A stretch of DNA of 32,000 bases from Candidatus Saccharimonadota bacterium (GTDB lineage: Bacteria; Patescibacteriota; Microgenomatia; UBA1406; GWC2-37-13): contig CP064967.1 in the NCBI GenBank assembly GCA_016699265.1, positions 390,001 to 422,000 on the forward strand, in the 5' to 3' direction. Below, in pieces: positions 1 through 8,762 of this stretch; the stretch's first letter is position 1, and each line of letters starts with the position of its first letter. The notes under the pieces were generated by a model. It made no database searches. It was not told the DNA's origin and worked only from the letters and a program-made list of their open reading frames with translations. Both the position numbers and the translations under genes were made by a program.

Positions 1-2110
1 ATTGGGTTAAAATTTTGGCTTTTTCTTCTTCTGTTACCTTACCCATAAAATGTACATTATTCTGAATTTGGAGTCTTGCAACGAGACTTTCGAGTTTCAT
101 TCTATTTTCTCCATCTCCAGCGATGTTTAACTGAAGTGTCGGGTATTTCTTTTTCAATCCATGTACAGCTTTAATACCAACGTCTATGTTCTTGTAGTCG
201 CGAAGTCTTCCTATATATACCAAGCTTGGATTGGTAGTTTTTTTTACTTTAGCTTTCTTAATACTTACACCGGGTTCAACAATAAAAATTGGTTTTTTCT
301 TACCATAACCCATCTTCTCCATCGACTCCTTTGTCGATTTGGAAATAGTCATCATCTGCTGATCTTTGTAGATATATGGCATTGCTTTTTCCTCCAAAAA
401 CATAGCAATTTTAGAAAGAGGAAAAGGTAATCCTACCCTAAACATTTCTTGGTGAATATGATTTATGAGACCAACAATAGGCTTCTTAATATATAGAGGA
501 GTGAAGAATGGAACTCCTTTTGCGGTATCTATAACAAGATCGTACTGGTTTCTTAATTTTAGAACGTAGTACAAGAACGCCCATATCGGAACTGTAAATA
601 GACCACCTCTTCGGATGATGCGAACTCCGTCGATTATTTCATATCTCTTACTATGTCCATCGTTTCCACAAAATAATGTTACTTTATTGCCGTTTCTAAC
701 GAACTCTTTGGCAAGATTATGTAAGTAATACTCCGCACCACCTGACCAAACATGGCGGATGTCATACCAGTTTACGATTAAGATTCTTTTGCCAAATGGT
801 GTATAGTTCAATTTTGGCAGTGGTCTAAACAGTTCAGCGAAATCAAGTAAATTAGCAAGAACAAACCCACCATTACGCTGGAGTAAGTGCAACAGAACAT
901 TTGCTACAAAGGTGGTGAAGCTGGTAAAAAAAACAACATTAACAATGTCTCCAATTGAAGCGTGGTTGTATGAAATACCTGTAATCATTCCAATAGTGGT
1001 TACCAGTGCTACGAAGGAGAAAAGGTAGTGATGACAAATTAAATGGTATACCGTGATTGTGTTGGCAACGGTGAATAAGGCTATGCTCATTGCATACAAG
1101 GTACGATAATCAGCTACAGAAGCCATCTTATCGGCAAAGACGAAGGGTAAAAGAACTGAGCCGAGCGGTCCTATCCCCACAAATGCAACTGTAGTTAGCG
1201 CTACTGTGAGTGAAAAAATCATATAGAAGTTCGTATTGGGATTTCGGTGCGCTCCTTCATCTCGGCTGACAATCGGAACCAGAAAGATATGAAAGAGGGA
1301 ACCGAAAAAGAAAATAATCTTTCCTATTAGTGATAGAAATGCGTATATCCCTGCCTGAGTTGCGGACAGATAATGTTTGACCAAGAGAATATCAAAGGTT
1401 AAAAAGGCATTGGTTGATAGACCTGTAAACATTGATGCGAAGAAGAATGTCTTCATAAACGAGTATTTATGCTCTGATTTGGGTTGTTTGCGAGTTACGA
1501 CCGATGCAACTATTAAGCTAAGTGCTGACGCCAACAAGACAGAGAATGGAATTGAAAGATAGGCAAGTTCTGCATTGCCTAATGACACTGAAGTGAAAGC
1601 AAATCCTAATTTTGAGATTGCTTCAACAAGAAAAAATACCGCGGTCCATACAAAGAGAAAACGTCCATGAACAAATCCCCTTGCTACAGAAGCGAATATC
1701 CCAAACATTATCACCGGAATGAGGGAAATGAGCGGTAGATAAGAATTGACATGAAAGTACCCAAGAAGAAATGGCATCGACACAGACCAGATCAGTGAAA
1801 TCATAATTGCATATTTAATGCACTTTCGCATGATCTGCTTATAAAAAGCTGTTCCAGCTGCAATGCCTGATCTTGCCGTGATAAAGGCGGTACGGTGATT
1901 AATTGTTGCTCCTAATGCACCAAATCCAATACTAAAGATATAGAGAAAAGTGTTTACTAAGGCTATAAGTCCAAAGTTTTCAAAACTTAAGGTTCGACCT
2001 AGATAGGCATTAAAAACAAGGTTAATGAGGTTGGAGAAGACCATGCTTCCGATGAGAAAGCTATTTTGACCTAATATGTATTTCGCAACGAGTGATTTAA
2101 GTTTAACCAT
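1..2110 (-). CDS. MOP/Wzx-like polysaccharide flippase domain fused to a GT4 (GT-B) glycosyltransferase; 3' end runs off the window
   Basis: Manual minus-strand translation from ATG 2110-2108 gives an unbroken frame of over 700 codons to position 1. It is missing from the ORF track because no stop lies in the window. The N-terminal ~420 aa are polytopic (MVKLKSLVAKYILGQNSFLIGS..GRTLSFENFG..VKHYLSATQAGIYAF). The C-terminal part is GT4-like (ILIVNWYDIRHVWSGGAEYYLHNLAKEFVRNGNKVTLFCG..LVYIGRLRDYKNID). Confidence 0.75.
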   Translation of the reverse strand, partial: MVKLKSLVAKYILGQNSFLIGSMVFSNLINLVFNAYLGRTLSFENFGLIALVNTFLYIFSIGFGALGATINHRTAFITARSGIAAGTAFYKQIMRKCIKYAIMISLIWSVSMPFLLGYFHVNSYLPLISLIPVIMFGIFASVARGFVHGRFLFVWTAVFFLVEAISKLGFAFTSVSLGNAELAYLSIPFSVLLASALSLIVASVVTRKQPKSEHKYSFMKTFFFASMFTGLSTNAFLTFDILLVKHYLSATQAGIYAFLSLIGKIIFFFGSLFHIFLVPIVSRDEGAHRNPNTNFYMIFSLTVALTTVAFVGIGPLGSVLLPFVFADKMASVADYRTLYAMSIALFTVANTITVYHLICHHYLFSFVALVTTIGMITGISYNHASIGDIVNVVFFTSFTTFVANVLLHLLQRNGGFVLANLLDFAELFRPLPKLNYTPFGKRILIVNWYDIRHVWSGGAEYYLHNLAKEFVRNGNKVTLFCGNDGHSKRYEIIDGVRIIRRGGLFTVPIWAFLYYVLKLRNQYDLVIDTAKGVPFFTPLYIKKPIVGLINHIHQEMFRVGLPFPLSKIAMFLEEKAMPYIYKDQQMMTISKSTKESMEKMGYGKKKPIFIVEPGVSIKKAKVKKTTNPSLVYIGRLRDYKNIDVGIKAVHGLKKKYPTLQLNIAGDGENRMKLESLVARLQIQNNVHFMGKVTEEEKAKILTQ

Positions 2111-2164
2111 GGGTATTCTGTCAGGATCAAATTATATCAATAAAGACCTATAGAAGCAACTGAT

Positions 2165-3556
2165 TTAGGCAGAAACACCCTTGTCTGCGATCTTTTGGTT
2201 CACGAGTTCGTGACCAATTGTTTGCTCGGACTGTGCGAGAGCAGCTTCATTATCATAGTGGAAGCCATGCGTAGTCTTTTCCCAGTAATGTGGGTCTCGA
2301 ATAAGACCGACGACGGCCAACCACCCTGCATAACTCATGGTAAGCCAGTAAAAGGGAACTAAGTATGCAAACTTTACCAGCTCATAGTGTCCCCGCTTCA
2401 CCGATCCTATCATGTAATAGTACATATATAAGAAGTTCCCGAAGATAAAACAGACAATACCCATATATAAGACAGGCGCAGGGAAGAATCGTTCGATAAC
2501 TGGCGCTGCACCACTTCTCCATGTAAAGTAAAGAATGGTCGTACCCCACATAATTGGGTTAATAAGTGTAGATAAAATCTTAGCGCCCATCACCAACTGG
2601 AAAGTGTATTTATGATGTCTTTTTCTACTTCTTTTAAAGAGAGACAGATCGCGTGTATGTACGAGATATGTCTGCATGTATCCTTTGATCCAACGTGATC
2701 GCTGTTTAATCCAGCCAATGAAGTGACTGTTAGCTTCCTCAAGCGTTACTGATTCAAGGATTGCAGTTCTGTACCCCTTTTTAATAAGTCGCATACCAAG
2801 GTCAGCATCCTCGGTGACATTAAATGCGTCCCAGACATCGAGCCTTCGCAGCTCATTAACTCGGAAATGATTCGAGGTGCCTCCAAGGGGAATTGGCACA
2901 TCGGTTGACTGCATACCGGTCAGAACTAGGTCAAACCATAATGAGTATTCTGCCGTAAAGATTCTGGTGAGAAGATTCTGATGAGGATTATAAAAATTCA
3001 GTTTGGCCTGCAGACAGACAATGTTTTTGTCCGACTGTTCGAATGCAAGAACTGCTTTCTTGAGCTGCTTGGGATCGGGCACATCCTCAGCATCATATAT
3101 GACAACGTACTCCCCTGTCGCGAACTTCAGACCATAGTTACAGGCCTTTGGCTTTGTTTTTGGGAGCGAGTGAGGGACAACAATAATCTTTACAAAGCTT
3201 GGAAGTTTCTTTTCGTACTTTGAGATATGTTCAAGGGTCTCCTTATCATCTTCCTCAAGAAGAAGAAGTACCTGCAACTTGTTCTTTGGGTAATCAAGTC
3301 GGCTCATTGCCGAAACGAACTGTGGAATCACCTGCCACTCTTTATACAAAGGACAAAGAATTGTATATTTGGGCCATGTACGCTTTCGGGCCTTATCCAT
3401 CTGATCCGGAGAAATTTTGATTTCAGGCTGTTGAAAGTAGCCTTTTTGCAACATATAGAAATCGAAAAATAGCATAAGGAAATAAAGAGAGGTCAATAGC
3501 GCTATCAGGACAATAAGGGTAATGTTCCACGAAGCTATAAAAGCAATCGTTAGCAA
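2165..3556 (-). CDS. Family 2 glycosyltransferase, processive synthase type (cellulose/chitin/PNAG-synthase-like)
   Basis: The 463-aa ORF has N- and C-terminal TM helices, a DAEDVPDP (D,D,D-type) motif and QRSRWIKG (QxxRW). The track start is TTG. The frame stays open upstream to ~3781 without an ATG/GTG/TTG, so the true start is uncertain. Confidence 0.85.
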   Translation of the reverse strand: MLTIAFIASWNITLIVLIALLTSLYFLMLFFDFYMLQKGYFQQPEIKISPDQMDKARKRTWPKYTILCPLYKEWQVIPQFVSAMSRLDYPKNKLQVLLLLEEDDKETLEHISKYEKKLPSFVKIIVVPHSLPKTKPKACNYGLKFATGEYVVIYDAEDVPDPKQLKKAVLAFEQSDKNIVCLQAKLNFYNPHQNLLTRIFTAEYSLWFDLVLTGMQSTDVPIPLGGTSNHFRVNELRRLDVWDAFNVTEDADLGMRLIKKGYRTAILESVTLEEANSHFIGWIKQRSRWIKGYMQTYLVHTRDLSLFKRSRKRHHKYTFQLVMGAKILSTLINPIMWGTTILYFTWRSGAAPVIERFFPAPVLYMGIVCFIFGNFLYMYYYMIGSVKRGHYELVKFAYLVPFYWLTMSYAGWLAVVGLIRDPHYWEKTTHGFHYDNEAALAQSEQTIGHELVNQKIADKGVSA

Positions 3557-3750
3557 AGTAATGAGGGCGAAAACAAAAATGATTTGATCAGCGCTAAGTC
3601 TATTAAAGGCAGTTTCATGATGTGATAATGTGCTGTGATGAATGTATTCTTTACCTTTGTAATGAAAACCATGACCTTTACGCTTGATGTCTCCATCTGA
3701 AAAAGGGACGGGGTATTGTTTGCGGTATTTTAGTCTAATAGATGAGGATC

Positions 3751-4395
3751 CTATCTCAAGAATGGCCTTAAAAGATTGATTTTAGGAGTTCCCAATTCAC
3801 TTTTTTGAAACATAATATTGTGTGATTTTATTTTATATCCAGCGTCGCGGCTACGCAAAAGAAACTCTAGGTCAAAAGACCACTGTGAAGGTGACAGTAC
3901 CAGTTTATCAAGAATTTCCCGCTTAAACACCTTCATTCCGGACTGCGCATCATGATTGAGGTTGTGGAGTGTTTTGGTAAAGATGAGATGAAAGCCTTGC
4001 TTAAAAATCGGCGCAAAAATGAGGCTTTGTACTGCTTGCGGTTTGCGACCACAATATCTGTCTGGTCATCGAGTAGTCCAACCATATGGGGAAGTTCTTC
4101 CGGCGGATACTGGAGATCTGCGTCAATCATCGCGATGATGTCGTTATTGGCGTAGCTGAATCCTGAATAAGAGAACGAGCCTTTCCTCGTTTTCCCACCT
4201 TCTCATGAATTTCTATCGGATACAACTTAGCTAAAGCTTCAAGTAGAGACACCGTTTTATCGGTAGAGTTATCGTCCACGAAGATGAGTTCGTATTCAAG
4301 CTTACTTTTGTAAAGCTCGAGTGGACCCGATTAACGAGATCCGTAACGGATCCTTCCTCGTTCCATACAGGAACTATGATAGATATTTTTTGCAT
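3751..4395 (-). pseudogene. GT2 glycosyltransferase (polyprenol-phosphate sugar transferase-like), multiply frameshifted
   Basis: It starts MQKISIIVPVWNEEGSVTDLVNR at ATG 4395. GT2 signatures are spread over three frames (YELIFVDDNSTDKT.., IDADLQYPPEELPHMV, FKREILDKL..FDLEFLLR). The track shows only 61- and 65-aa pieces. Confidence 0.65.
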
Positions 4396-4437
4396 GTTTT
4401 AATACTCCAAACAATGATTATACTATAAGACTGAGTT

Positions 4438-4472
4438 AGTATCTAGTATGTAGTATTTAGTATCTAGTATTT
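4438..4472. repeat. Heptad array, five direct AGTATnT units
   Basis: The units read AGTATCT AGTATGT AGTATTT AGTATCT AGTATTT. The array abuts the frame-corrected sortase stop (4471-4473). On the minus strand it lies just upstream of TATAGTATAAT..GGAG..ATG of the degraded GT2. Confidence 0.9.
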
Positions 4473-4511
4473 AGCGCATTGCGACAATCTCATTTTCAAG
4501 AGTTGCAACGA

Positions 4512-5030
4512 CTACAAATCGTTGGGTGTCCAGAAACCAGAGCAGGTGTAGAGAGTAAGACGCTTGTCGTGGGATTGTTTTAATACATTAGTTTGATCGG
4601 GAGAGACATTTGCGGTAACCTGAACAATAAAGGTCCGTTTCATTCCGTTGGTATACTCGATCTCAATTTTTGATCCAGGCTTAATTTTTTCAAGACCTCC
4701 AAGGAGAGATTCCCAGTTGTGTCCGTACATTATGCCATTTCCCTCCTCACCAGGAATTTTACTTGAGGTTAGATATGAGATTCCTTTGTCAGTGAGCGTC
4801 CATTTTCCATCATTAATTGTTGCGGGAATGATTGGAAGAGTTTTATGTAAACTTGGGATTCGAATTATACGAGGGAGGTAGGTGACGTTGCGGCACGCGT
4901 TAATAGAGAGAGGCTCGTAATTATTGAAGGTGATTCGTGAGGGATTAAAGCGCTGAACGATCAGGATAGTGCTGAAGCCAAGAAATGCGGCGCCGAGGAT
5001 TGTGAAAAATTTACCTAGTAATCGTTTCAT
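4512..5030 (-). CDS. Sortase (class E-like), probably truncated by a 3' frameshift
   Basis: It has an N-terminal TM anchor, a YGHN histidine and an LTLYTC cysteine motif. The ORF stops 9 codons after TLYTC. An adjacent frame continues as ..QRFVVVATLENEIVAMR* to TAA at 4471-4473 and supplies the conserved Arg strand. Confidence 0.8.
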   Translation of the reverse strand: MKRLLGKFFTILGAAFLGFSTILIVQRFNPSRITFNNYEPLSINACRNVTYLPRIIRIPSLHKTLPIIPATINDGKWTLTDKGISYLTSSKIPGEEGNGIMYGHNWESLLGGLEKIKPGSKIEIEYTNGMKRTFIVQVTANVSPDQTNVLKQSHDKRLTLYTCSGFWTPNDL

Positions 5031-5036
5031 ATATTT

Positions 5037-5078
5037 CGTATATCGTATTTCGTATACCGTATTCAGTATTACGTATTC
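5037..5078. repeat. Heptad array, six direct CGTATnn units
   Basis: The units read CGTATAT CGTATTT CGTATAC CGTATTC AGTATTA CGTATTC. The array fills the gap between the surface-protein stop (5082) and the sortase ATG (5030). Confidence 0.9.
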
Positions 5079-5081
5079 GAA

Positions 5082-5630
5082 TTAAGACTGTTTTTTGAGA
5101 GAGCGACCGGCTACAAGAAGTGTAATTCCAATAAAGGCAAGAGCTACGATCTCCTGAAGGTTTCCGGTTGTTGCTAGTCCAAGAACCTGACCATCCTCTG
5201 ACGAACCTCCTCCCTTTCCACCAATGCATGAAAAAGATGAGTTTTTAGCCACGTATGGAGCAGAATGGAGTCCCCACTTGTCTCCAAACGGAACATAGTG
5301 CCATCCCTGACGTACTAAGTCGTCGATCTGAAACTGAGTAAGACTCGATACCTTCCACCATATAGTCTGGATACCGTCGCCGGTGTCTGGGCAGAAACAC
5401 TGAATCACACGATCATCATCAATTGAGTACACACCATCTGATCCTTTAAACTCTCGTGGATCTCCTACGATACCATGAGTCCCATAAGAGTAATATGCTC
5501 TTGGATTACCTTCGTGATTAAGACATGATGGGAAGTTTGGAGCAGTAATTGCGAATGTAGAAAATGGCATCGCATAAAATACGAACATTGCCAAAACGAC
5601 GCTGGTCAAACCCCTTACAATCTGACGCAT
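5082..5630 (-). CDS. Secreted Cys-containing surface protein with LAxTG-type sorting signal
   Basis: It has a signal peptide (..MPFSTFA/ITAP). The C-terminus is LATTG, then a hydrophobic stretch (NLQEIVALAFIGITLLVAG), then a basic tail (RSLKKQS). It lies directly upstream of the sortase. Confidence 0.75.
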   Translation of the reverse strand: MRQIVRGLTSVVLAMFVFYAMPFSTFAITAPNFPSCLNHEGNPRAYYSYGTHGIVGDPREFKGSDGVYSIDDDRVIQCFCPDTGDGIQTIWWKVSSLTQFQIDDLVRQGWHYVPFGDKWGLHSAPYVAKNSSFSCIGGKGGGSSEDGQVLGLATTGNLQEIVALAFIGITLLVAGRSLKKQS

Positions 5631-5641
5631 AATTCTTTAAG

Positions 5642-5665
5642 CCGATAGTATATCAATACTATCGG
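5642..5665 (-). terminator. Perfect 10-bp stem hairpin downstream of the 544-aa gene
   Basis: The hairpin is CCGATAGTAT-ATCA-ATACTATCGG. It is not followed by a U-tract, so terminator function is uncertain. It also contains a TGATATACT -10-like box facing the surface-protein gene. Confidence 0.3.
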
Positions 5666-5688
5666 TCTAAATCAAGTCTTTGGAGCGA

Positions 5689-7323
5689 CTAGACAATCTC
5701 GTCACGTTTTTGGCGAACAAAGGAGATCCATTCTTCGATGACCTCTATGATCATCTTGAACGGTGCTTCGATTATGAAATCGAAGATGAAGGTAATGAAG
5801 TTAAGGTGGGATAAGCTTCTGCTCAGGAACTTCCCGACCGATAGTATTGGCATAAAGAAAAAGTCAGTAAACGGTCTGAAGACAGCCTCTCCTTCCGGTA
5901 GTTGGTACTGTTTTGCAGTTTGGCGAATTCTATATGCAAAGAAGGTCACAACCGATACGAAGAACATAAACAAAAGTTTGCTAATAGCATTAAATCCAAA
6001 TATGCTGAGCAGGGCATTAATTAGCCCGAAGGTTATAAAAAACGTGATGGAATAGAAGATGGTAAAGACAAAGATTCTGGATGGATTTTGCACTTTGTTC
6101 TCCTTAGTGACCAGTGAAAGCGTTGTCTCAAACTCATTGTCGCTGTCTAGAATCTCGACAATCCGCTGGTATATTCTCTTTGTATTTTTTGCATCTGGAA
6201 TCTTAGTAAAGGTAGCAATTAGAAACATAAGAAGTGGTGGGATAACCGTATTTACTATTAGCGAAAAATAGTTAACCTCACCATAGATCAAAAGCGATAT
6301 AGGATACTCAAGAATAATAGCCAAAAGCATCTTAGTTATAAAGATGTAAACGATTGCTTTCAGTGCTAGGGTCTGAAGACGTGATTGTGAGGCTGAGTAC
6401 TTCTCTCGACAGATCTGATCCACATCGTTCAGTAGAAGTTCTGGGTTTGCCAAAATGTCTTTAGCTTCTATTCCACGTCGCTGTACAAGGTCGGCAAGAA
6501 TGAGGAAAGGTGGTTTGTGAAAGTTAACAAACCTTCTGAGACGATCGGTGTTTGGGTTGTTTATAATACTGTCAATTTTGTGAAAAAGATTTGGAAGTTT
6601 TGGAATGAGCACATCTATCTGTTGTTCGGTTTGTTGCGACAAAGGTTTCTCAGAAAGAGTAAATAGATGGTAACGAAGATAGGCAATGTCACTTTGATTG
6701 TATCCTTTTTCTATCGCGACAAAAAATGAGGCATTCTTTTCTTCCTCAGTTACCTTTTCGATCTTAATTTTTTTCTTAAGAACCTGAAACATAAAAAAAG
6801 TAAACAGGGAGTGTTGTTTGGCCTCAACTGGCTGCAAGGTTTCCTCTATCTCACTGGACATCATGTGGACGAGAAACTGGCGTATAAAGATGCGATTTGC
6901 GGTTTTCTGACCGATGAGTAGTTGGTCTAAAATTCTTTTATAGATATCGATGATATGCTGGATCTGAATGGCGTGGGGTGCGCCAAGTGATTCATTGGGA
7001 AAGTATCGAGCCCAAAGGAGCTCTCGAATAATATTCTCACCTTCGTTAGTTCCCATTGGATTCATCGACATTCTGCGGCGTAGTATTCGTTCTATGGCAG
7101 CTCGTCGAATTAGGTGTGCGTCACGGTACTCAACCGCATTTCGAAGACGTTCGTAAGCAAGCGCAAAAAAGGTAACAGTTTGAGAAACTGAAATCTTAGA
7201 AAGATCATCGGGAGCTGTGGGAGACTTTATTTTCTTGAACTGCTCAAGAAGCGCCGTTGTATACTTAGAAAGTACAATTTGATCTGCCATAACAGTCCAT
7301 AGTATACTATAAGCCCTCCTCAT
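5689..7323 (-). CDS. Hypothetical membrane protein with a soluble N-terminal half and a multi-TM C-terminal half
   Basis: This is a 544-aa uninterrupted ORF. The C-terminal ~220 aa hold several long hydrophobic segments. I recognised no family motif. Confidence 0.6.
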   Translation of the reverse strand: MRRAYSILWTVMADQIVLSKYTTALLEQFKKIKSPTAPDDLSKISVSQTVTFFALAYERLRNAVEYRDAHLIRRAAIERILRRRMSMNPMGTNEGENIIRELLWARYFPNESLGAPHAIQIQHIIDIYKRILDQLLIGQKTANRIFIRQFLVHMMSSEIEETLQPVEAKQHSLFTFFMFQVLKKKIKIEKVTEEEKNASFFVAIEKGYNQSDIAYLRYHLFTLSEKPLSQQTEQQIDVLIPKLPNLFHKIDSIINNPNTDRLRRFVNFHKPPFLILADLVQRRGIEAKDILANPELLLNDVDQICREKYSASQSRLQTLALKAIVYIFITKMLLAIILEYPISLLIYGEVNYFSLIVNTVIPPLLMFLIATFTKIPDAKNTKRIYQRIVEILDSDNEFETTLSLVTKENKVQNPSRIFVFTIFYSITFFITFGLINALLSIFGFNAISKLLFMFFVSVVTFFAYRIRQTAKQYQLPEGEAVFRPFTDFFFMPILSVGKFLSRSLSHLNFITFIFDFIIEAPFKMIIEVIEEWISFVRQKRDEIV

Positions 7324-7364
7324 ATTTAGGAAGAAGGTGTCTATGTTTGATTGAGCAGGGTTAG

Positions 7365-7378
7365 AATCAATATTGATT
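7365..7378. promoter_or_regulatory. Perfect 14-bp palindrome AATCAATATTGATT
   Basis: It lies in the divergent intergenic region and ends 2 nt before the ATG at 7381. The shape is operator-like. Confidence 0.35.
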
Positions 7379-7380
7379 TT

Positions 7381-8747
7381 ATGAAAGAACGATTACGCGG
7401 TGCAGCAACTGGTAGATCAGACAACGCTCTTTGCGAAAGAATTTGTATCGACTGTCAGCCAAGCTCAAAGCTATTCCAGTTGGCATAGGTCTTCTTGGTC
7501 TTGCAAGTGTGGGAGTCATAACGTGGAGACATCACAGAGAGCTTCTTTACAAAAGTCTCGAACTTGATCCTTATTTTAAAAAATGGTCGATTTGGAGGAG
7601 AGTGTCTGATCGATAGAGAATGGACCCACGATATTTCGGCATTTCTACACAGAATTCATCACGTAAATGGCAGATGCGTCTCTGTTCCCTTCTACCAGAT
7701 ATCTAGAGCGGCCCGATGGTTGGAAGATAATCCTGAGATGAAGACAAAGTTAGGTTCCTAATGAATTTAAACATCTAGATCCTTTTGTAGACATATTTAC
7801 GAGAGATCAGGTGCTTCAATTGGGATGCTAGCCGATGAGGAGATAAAACAAGACTTGAGTCGGAGTATAAGGAGCCCGACTGGTACTCGGAAAAAGAGCT
7901 AAGTGATTTATTTAATCCTACTGAGCCTCTATATTGGGTCGATGCCGGAAGACGGCAGGCAGGAAAATACTCAACTGAAGAGATGGCTAGAATTCTTCTG
8001 ACCGATCCTCACTCCCCGCTTTACAACGTCCTAAAATGGCAGACTAAATGGTGTAAGAGCAGAAATTCTCAACAATGTAAGGGACTATAAAGTTGCAGGA
8101 AATTTATTTAAAGCAGAGCCGGCATCGAAGCCAGATGACCTTAAGGGAAACCGATGATCAAGAGCTCATCATGTAGTAGCAGATATCTTAGCTGGATTCG
8201 TCTTTCGCCGAAAGTTGCTGCTCTTGTGATAAAAGGCAAATATCAGCCGAAGGATATTGGTCTTGCCATTGTTGCCGGTAGCGCAGCGAATGGTGTAAAG
8301 ATGTTAGCTGGCTTATCTGGTGGAAATATTACGAATGGACTGGGACACGACGGACCTCTTACTGCAAGAGATTTATTACGTGCATTATCCAAAAAAGATT
8401 ATCAGATCAAAATAAACTCTGATGGATCGATCTCAACCAACACGGTTTATACAGGATTTATTGGTAGGATTTTAAGCTGGATTACATACGACGAGGTAGG
8501 AGGACAGGACGAGCACCATAAATTTCCAGACAAGATAGCATATACGAGTAGAACCGGTCGAGACGCTATTATTGATGCGCCATGGGGTAGTTTCACATCG
8601 TACTTGGCTCACAACAAGAACTTCGGATTTATAAAGCCCGGAAATGGATTCGATCTGAAGGAAGGAGAGAAACGACCCGACATGCCACATGAAGGCGTTG
8701 AGATTATTCAATCTATCCGAGCCGCTCAGTTTGCGGCATCTTCTTAA
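7381..8747 (+). pseudogene. Membrane fatty-acid-desaturase-like gene remnant (His-box family), fragmented
   Basis: His-box-like strings lie in different frames: WRHHRELL, HRIHH and GGQDEHHKFP (resembling the HxxHH..FP third box). Only the last 197 aa form a long ORF. The family assignment is weak. Confidence 0.35.
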
Positions 8748-8762
8748 AGACGAAACCTCACT

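Noticed and set aside
3557-3781. I considered extending the GT2 synthase upstream through the in-frame open stretch, which would complete a first TM helix (..QIIFVFALITL).
   Set aside because: There is no ATG, GTG or TTG in that stretch, only ATT and ATA, and it overlaps the end of the degraded GT2. I noted this as start-site uncertainty rather than annotating it.
5689-7323. I tried to assign the 544-aa membrane protein to a named family, on a vague resemblance to TM 'site-specific recombinase'-annotated proteins.
   Set aside because: I could not point to any diagnostic motif in the sequence, so it is left as hypothetical.
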